Shown: one piece after another, positions 56,715-64,000 of the stretch
How the letters are laid out: every line of letters begins with the position of its first letter
How positions within the stretch are numbered: the stretch's first letter is position 1
Assembly (NCBI GenBank): GCA_951406725.2
Contig: OX597825.1
Coordinates: 84,816,001-84,880,000 of the forward strand
Source: Octopus vulgaris
Lineage: Eukaryota
Direction: 5' to 3'
DNA: 64,000 nt
Notes under the pieces: model-generated
Database searches by the model: none
What the model was told of the DNA's origin: nothing
Seen by the model: the letters and a program-made list of their open reading frames with translations, nothing else
Position numbers and translations under genes: made by a program

Positions 56715-57830
56715 TTTGACGCAAACTTTCGACTAGACACGTTATATTGCGTGTGCTTCAGACCACTCTGATAATGGAGAGCCAAAAGAAACACTATTGA
56801 CAACTTATTCTTCTTTTGTCGCATTTAAAAAAGGAAGGGATAGAAATTTGTGGAAATCAGCACAAAGTTCTGCACTCTGTTTGGAGAGGATGTTCTCACT
56901 GGACGAGGTTCCAAAAGCAGTCAGGAAAACTTTTATTTCAAGATGTACCTTGCTCTATACAGTCAACTGAGATTAACAGGGACTAACAAAAGGGGTTAAT
57001 CGAAATCAACTTCCCACCCGTTATACAACTGCTGTAGTCGTCGTTATTCTGCAAAAATTCAAATCGTGTGTTGAAAACCATCTGCGCTAACTTGGTTACA
57101 TCAACAAGCTCAGTGTTCGGTTCCCACATCAAATGAATGAAGGTAAACCCACGCAACGGATTTCCATCTCCGATTCATTGCAGAAACGTCAAGAAAACGA
57201 AAATGAGATCCTCTATAACAATGTGAAGTGCAAACGGTCGTGGAGGGTGACGGCAATGAACCACTGAAAGCAAACTCCAGAACAGCTCTTCACCCGAATG
57301 TCATACTTCCATGTTGGTTGTATTGGAAGAGTGCTGTCTTTTACGAGGTTCCACCCACAAACTTGACCATCAATTTGGATGTGCAGAGGGACGCGGGGAT
57401 CCAGTAAAAGTAAGTAGCACTTGCTAATCGTAAGGCAATTGTCTTTCATTACAATGATGCCAGACTGCACAATTCTTTGCAGTCGCGGCAGAAGTTCGAC
57501 AGATCGGCTTAGCTTGGCTTGGAAATTGGATTGCACCTTTTTCATTCATGCGAACTTGCGCCTTCAGATTTCCACCTGTTTCGGTAACTTCAGAATATAT
57601 TTAACTGGACGGGTACTCAAATCTGAAAAGAATGTAAAAGTTCCCTTTGCAAAGGTTCCCACGTCAGCAAAAAGAGTAATTTCTTGTTCCTGGAATAAGT
57701 GAAACACGATGACAGAAGATGCTGGAACGAAACTGGAATATATTTACTTGAATGAAGATATCGTTTTGTGTATAAAACTTATTCTTAGTTTCGCTTAAAA
57801 ATCCTGAGAAAATTTTTTACCGACCCAATG
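56715..57830 (+). mobile_element. Decayed mariner (DD34D) transposon
   Basis: ATG at 56774 MESQKKHY.., RFPHQM (WVPHEL), ILYNNVKCKRSW, FHYNDARLH, ELAPSDFHLFR (YSPDLAPSD); 3' TIR-like ..CCGACCCAATGTA. Confidence 0.92.
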
Positions 57831-57989
57831 TATAAATTTTGAAAAATTCCCCATTTGCCTCGGAATACAAGAATTTATTACATAGCACTAATCAAACTCG
57901 GTTTTGATAAATGCAATGCTAGAAACTCGAGTTGTCTGGGGTCACTTGTGCGGCTTTACAATTAAACCTTATGCTCCATCAGGAAGTTA

Positions 57990-58420
57990 TGTGTGTGGGT
58001 GTGTGTGTGGGTGTGTGTGAGTATGTGTGTGTGTGTAAGTGTGTGTATGTGTGTGCAGTGTGTGTGATGACTGTGTGTTGTGTGTGTGTCTGTGTGTGAG
58101 TATGTGTGTGTGTGTAAGTGTGAGCAGTGTGTGTGTGTGATGAGTGTGTTGTGTGTGTGTTGTGTGTGCGTTGTGTGTGTGTTGTGTGTATGTGTGTGTA
58201 TGTGTGTGTGCTGTGTGTATGTGTGTGTGTAAGTGTGAGCAGTGTGTGTGATGAGTGTATGTTGTGTGTGTGTGTTGTGTGTGCGTTGTGTGTGTGTTGT
58301 GTGTATGTGTGTGTGCTGTGTGTATGTGTGTGTGTGTTTTTTGTGTGTTTGTGTGTATATGTGTGTGTGTGTGTGTTTTGTGTGTGTTTGTGTGTGTGTC
58401 TGTGTGTGCGAGAGTGTATG
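57990..58420. repeat. Degenerate (GT)n tract with internal higher-order repeats
   Basis: Direct reading; GTAAGTGTGAGCAGTGTGTG recurs. Confidence 0.95.
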
Positions 58421-58457
58421 TTGTGTTTGTAGACATACAGATATATACGTATATAGA

Positions 58458-58637
58458 ACTGGCACTTTGTCGGTTACAACGGAAGAGCTTGTTCGTGAAA
58501 TTAAAGTGCAAGTGGCTGAGCACTCCACAGACACGCGTGCCCTCCTCGGCGTTCTCAGAGAGATCAAGCATGAAACAAAATGTGACTAGAGGGGTCCTCT
58601 GAAATACAGGTATAACATATTTCTGCCAGCTGATTGA
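58458..58637 (-). mobile_element. SINE family C 3' half
   Basis: CAAGTGGCTGAGCACTCCACAGACACG, shared with the 38436 copy. Confidence 0.85.
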
Positions 58638-58691
58638 ATAGACTCTCTCTCACTCTCTCTGCCACCCCTCTCTCTCTCTCTCTGTCTCTCG

Positions 58692-58758
<67 letters not shown>

Positions 58759-58767
58759 CACACAAAC

Positions 58768-58900
58768 AAGTGGTCTGATCAATAAATATCTGGACTGTTG
58801 CCATAGTAACGCAGAGCGAAGCCACTCGGCACAGATTCACCTGAACTCTGCTGTGCATGAGCACTAAATTTTATCCTTCTAGCTTACTTCCGCTGTTTAC
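58768..58900 (+). mobile_element. Possible mariner-type terminal fragment
   Basis: GGTCTGATCAATAAATATCTGGACTG resembles a mariner TIR; no partner seen. Confidence 0.35.
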
Positions 58901-59198
58901 AGCCGTACTTGGAAGGAAGGTGTGTAGCGTGTGATTGCTGTAGGTTTCAGTCTGTGATTATGTGTGTGTGTGTATGCGTGGGTGTGCGTGTATGTATGTG
59001 TATGTGAGTGTCTGTTTGTCTGCCAACACCGCTTGACAAGGTGTGTTGGTGTGTTTGCGTTCTCGTAACCTAGCAGTTCCGCATAAGTTCCCCACAAAAT
59101 AAGTACCAGGCTTAGAAAAAACGGGGGAAGTAGTGGCGTCTTTTCATTCGACTAAGATACCAAGCATGGCCGCAACTAACGAATAAAAGGCAGAAATA

Positions 59199-59371
<173 letters not shown>

Positions 59372-59501
59372 GTTGCCTATTCTTTATGCAGAACCTGACC
59401 ACATTTGAACCTACCTTAGATCCCTCATGGCGTTTGATGCGGCTTTTGAAACGACACCACTTTATATAAGTTCTTATATATATATATATATATATATATA
59501 C

Positions 59502-59544
<43 letters not shown>

Positions 59545-59550
59545 GATGGG

Positions 59551-59590
<40 letters not shown>

Positions 59591-59618
59591 CAAGGAGATG
59601 AAAATATACTCGTACATA

Positions 59619-59658
<40 letters not shown>

Positions 59659-59859
59659 CAATTACTATGATTCCAACGGGTGGAGGCGGTGGTGGTGGTG
59701 GTGCTGTTCAGATAAAAATACCCGAATAACCGGCTGCAAACATCAATCAAATAAATAGCTTATAACCTTATAACCCGTTAAATTTATAACAATAATTGGT
59801 TGCTGACGCTATCCGTGACCATCCTTAATTGTAATAAATTTGCTACAACTGTGCTGTAC

Positions 59860-59900
<41 letters not shown>

Positions 59901-60277
59901 TGTATATATATGTATGTATGCATACATACACAGATAGTGAGAGATAAAACGAGTTAATGCGATTTTATATTCAAAATAAATTCTAAGCTTTAATGCAAGC
60001 ATTTTTTATAACTGTGCTTCAAAAGAATTCGGTCCTTCAAATTAAATTTTATCGTCGCTACCTAAGTAGAAATAATTGGCTGTCTCAACTTATATTATCG
60101 ACTCTTCTGATATTTCTCATTTTCAATATCTTCATAATTTCTTATCCAATTCTTTATCGTCGTTGAAATTCTGTGAATCATCCACGCCGTTCTTTATAGA
60201 AATAGGAATATTCAAACTAATAAAAATTGCCTTGCAACTATCGTGGAGATGTTCACAGAGACAGTATTCTCATTAGC

Positions 60278-60370
<93 letters not shown>

Positions 60371-60484
60371 CCTACCTACCTAACTACCTATCTATCTATC
60401 TATCTATCTATATATCTATCTATCTATCTATCTCTTTCTCTCTATCTATTCGTCTGTTTGTCTATACATACATACATACATACA

Positions 60485-60516
<32 letters not shown>

Positions 60517-60689
60517 ACTTTTTTCCTTTTTTCACTCATCAAGCAGCCAGCGTGCCGGGGCACTGCGCTGAAGAATCTTTAGCCGAACGGATTGACCACT
60601 GGCCGTTTTTAAGGTCGATCCTTATTCTATCGGCCACTTATGCCAAACTGCTAGGTGATGGGACGTAACTATTGGAGTACTGTGTCCTT

Positions 60690-61037
60690 ATTTTAGATGG
60701 GGAAGACGGGATCTTTGGTATGACGCAGTGCCGTCCACTTCAAGGATTGGTATGGCAGCCAATTCCAAAAATGGGAACTAAACCCTCTAAAATGTTCCAA
60801 ATATATATCACCGCATATCTCTCTCGTCTTTTCTCCAGGGAATAGAGACTCAGCTCCTTTAGCCTCTCCCAATTGCCCATCTTTTGCATCGAGTCATTCT
60901 CCTTTGTGCATTGGCGCTGGATTGCTTCGAGTTCCACAGTTTGTGTCACACTCTCTGGGGACCATAGTTGGGAGCAGTAGTCCAAGCCGTTTAGAGAGAA
61001 AGTCTTCCATAGGAGTAGCAGGGCCTCCCTTTCCTTG
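60690..61037 (-). mobile_element. Fragment of the same LINE family as 55120-56680, nested in a SINE B (60530-61215)
   Basis: EREALLLLW..LDYCSQLWSP..LEAIQR..LYSLEKRRERY matches 56145-56490. Confidence 0.92.
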
Positions 61038-61419
61038 GTTGTCGAGCGGTGGTGTCGAGAAACATATATACAAAGATACACACACACACACACGGACCTC
61101 CATAAATTTCCGTCTACCAAATCTTGTCACGAGGCTGTGGTCGGTCCGTAGACACGTACTCAGAGGGACCAAACCCGGTGCGATGTGGTTAGAAGCAAGC
61201 GTCTTACTACACAGTCAAGCTTGATCTTATATCTATATATCAATATGTGTGCGTATATGTGGGCGTGTGTGCGTGAGTGTGTGTGCGTGTGTGTGTGTGT
61301 GTGTGCGTGTGTGTGTATATATACATATATATTCAAACCGATTTTGTTCGTGTACGTGATGTTGATAAGCCACAAGAATAGCGAAAAATCGATGTCCATC
61401 AACTGTGAATGGGATTCGG

Positions 61420-61870
61420 AGTGAGTTGTCTCGCCTGTCCATGACTTTGAGGTGTTTAAACATACGGCGCTTTATGTGACTAAATTGCATCAATCATAAT
61501 CGTTGGCTTCCGATAAATACGCACCATATAAGACTTATATCTTGTTTTCGTGGACGACATTTCTGACTGTGCCTTCTGGAGATCTTTTGCATGTGACCTT
61601 ATGGACTATCTGGGATTGTAAATTAATGGTCTGTTGAATTTGTTGGATAACGTCAGCTGTTCTAATGATTTCAGAGCTTTTAGAATGCTTTTATGCTTTG
61701 ATACTGGTGATACGTTTCCACCTTCAGTCTCTAGCTCCTTATAAACTTTATAGATGAAAGATCTGGCAACTTTGAAAAGTCGTGATATTTCTAAATCGCT
61801 ATGCTCAGCCTTTATAACCACAATAACAGCATGTCTCTTCATTTCTTGAGTAAGCTGAGGGTCTGCCATT
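61420..61870 (-). mobile_element. Tc1/mariner-superfamily (DD37D/maT-like) transposase N-terminal remnant
   Basis: MKRHAVIVVIKAEHSDLEISRLFKVARSFIYKV HTH, then SIRSHAKDL..TVRNVVHE..RYKSY. Confidence 0.75.
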
Positions 61871-62779
61871 ATTACCTTCCGAAACAAAGATTATACGTGA
61901 TGTATTATATATGTACACGATTTTATTCGTATAGCCTGTCATTGTGGTTGTTCCACCAGTGTTCTTTTTAATTGTTGATTTAGTTGTTTTTGTTGTTATA
62001 GTTGCTGTATTTATCTCCGGTGTTCCTTTATTCTTCCATTCCTAATACGTATCCACTCTGTATATTTCTGTTTTTGTCACTGTGCTATTACTTCTTTCCA
62101 AACTGTGCTTCCGTACTTTCTCTTTCGTGTTAAAAACTAAAACATCTAAACACACAGTCATTGCCCTCGAGGAATATTTACAATTCGAAAACGCTTCTAA
62201 AAGCTTAGAACAATAAGAAGACAGATCGAGTTTTGAAACAATTTAACGCTATTTCTTTAATCAATGTGATTATATCATTTGTCATGTTATTGTGAATGTA
62301 TTTTGAGTTTTATTTTTTAAAACAATTTATTTTAATAATAAAGTTAACACTGCTACAGAAAAAAACTGCGAGAGGTGGAATCGAGACTGAATGATCAAAA
62401 GTGATGAGTAATTTAACATTTAATGATTGTCGGTTCGCCTCAGTTATCTGAACAGACTGTTATGTGTTAGAATATATTAATTTTGGAGAATATTCGTAGC
62501 ATAATGAAATAAAAGGACTCTTAAATGAAGCATTAGTTTAAATGTAAATTTAATTTCAATGCAGTTCATAATATCAATAAAGTTAATTTCAGTTGAGAAA
62601 AATTGACTAAATTTCAAACAAGCATAAACGATAAATCATTTCGTAGTTTTTAGAGTTTTTGCGTAGTTCGGAGATCGATATCTGCCGTCGTCAACATTGA
62701 ACTTTGTTCCCCAGCATCAATTAAAAATTTACCTCTAAGACATAATGCCGTAAAAGAAGAGAAAAAAAAAAACACTTAC

Positions 62780-62835
62780 CGTTTACAAGTTGATGAAAGT
62801 ACGAAGAGCAAAGGCACGACGGGCAGCGGTTCAAA
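62780..62835 (-). other. Candidate 56-nt internal exon of an unidentified gene
   Basis: Minus strand: polypyrimidine TTTTATTTTTTTCTGTTACCCTCATAG acceptor and ACG|GTAAGT donor; GC-richer than its flanks; two frames open. Confidence 0.35.
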
Positions 62836-64000
62836 CTATGAGGGTAACAGAAAAAAATAAAAGCGATAAAACTTTAGCTTCGTAAAAACACTGTTACCAT
62901 CTGCATAACTTCACTAATTCATATAAATCGAAGCTATAAGGGTTGGATGTTTTTGTTTTCTGCTGCACTCTTGGTGGCCGTAACAATGGTAACGAGCACT
63001 GAAGATTTCGACTGATTTAGTGACCAAAGAATTGGTAGAACCCTGCATTGATTGAAACCCTGTTACAGTATTTTAGATCTTCTAGATATATTCTTTCGTT
63101 TCCACTAATGCATCCTTTTAGTGGTAGCATGGATTACACAGAAAGAAATTGAAGCATGGTTTTTATGGGCGGAGGCATTTCCTGATGTTTAGGCAAAGCC
63201 TCTCTCTTTTATTCAAGAGGAATTCAGAAGCACAGAGATAGCGACTAATTCTTTGATTGGTAATGTCTATGCAACTTCTTTGAGATGATAATATCTTGTC
63301 AAAATAACCAACCAATTCTGTGTCTGTACAGTGGTAAGTTTGTTACAAACCATTTGTGTTCAAACAATCCTTTGATAAGAAGATATTTAATGCTCAAAAT
63401 TATTGTTTAAAAAATGGGTGCTCCAGCATGACCGCAGCCAAATGACTGCCAGCATGACCGCAGCCAAATGACTGAAAAAAGTAAAGGATAAAGGATAATG
63501 CGAGTACCTCTATGCTGGTATACTGCCTGCTAGATATCATAGTCACATCTCACTCAATCTGCACGCTGTCGATTACCACAATGGTCATATTACTCCTGGA
63601 TTTATATAGAATAAGGGGAAAATGGAGTATTTAGTGGGATCAGGGAGTAGAATATCTCTTTATTGCATTTCCCGTCAAACAATATCAAAATATTCCAACA
63701 AAATCAGTTCCAGTTAACCAAAGACATCGTCTCCTTTGGCTGCGGTTTCAACACCGCAACCTTTAAAAGACTCTCAGTTTTTCAGTTTTATGAAGAAATA
63801 TTAAAAAACTGTATTTTGAAGGAAGAATCAGACTCTATTTTCAATCAAAGAGCGTTATTTCCTTCTAGCTGCTTACCTAACAAGTTGCATTGAACGAAAG
63901 AGGCCATAATGAGTGAGTCTTAGATTTATGAATTCTAGTTTCAGTGTTGACCATCGTAGACTAAAGAATATATATCTTATGCGATCGATGCTATTTCAAG

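Overview
AT-rich, repeat-saturated eukaryotic DNA, intronic or intergenic. The heavy load of (TA)n/(CA)n/(AAT)n/(ATC)n/(ATCT)n/(ACAT)n microsatellites and the tRNA-derived SINE families suggest a coleoid cephalopod (Octopus-like); this is inference from sequence character, not a database result. I recognise no intact protein-coding gene. Nearly all ORFs in the track are microsatellite or SINE translations. The window holds at least 3 SINE families (over 30 copies or fragments), a decayed CR1/L2-group LINE plus fragments, five R4/Dong-type remnants, RTE, mariner, DD37D-like and piggyBac remnants, a Helitron-type 3' end, and several Penelope-like (PLE) remnants with hammerhead ribozyme (HHR) motifs. 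The most notable structure is 4281-5215. It is a ~99% identical 265-bp inverted repeat in which each arm carries a near-canonical type I hammerhead. Its segment order is cyclic, implying a ~488-nt circular or tandem monomer (retrozyme-like or non-autonomous PLE), and it is flanked by a 58-bp direct repeat. Other points of interest: recurrent SINE dimers with an identical junction, a fold-back palindrome centred in an HHR-like motif, and one candidate 56-nt exon on the minus strand. Boundaries of decayed elements are approximate and were read by eye.
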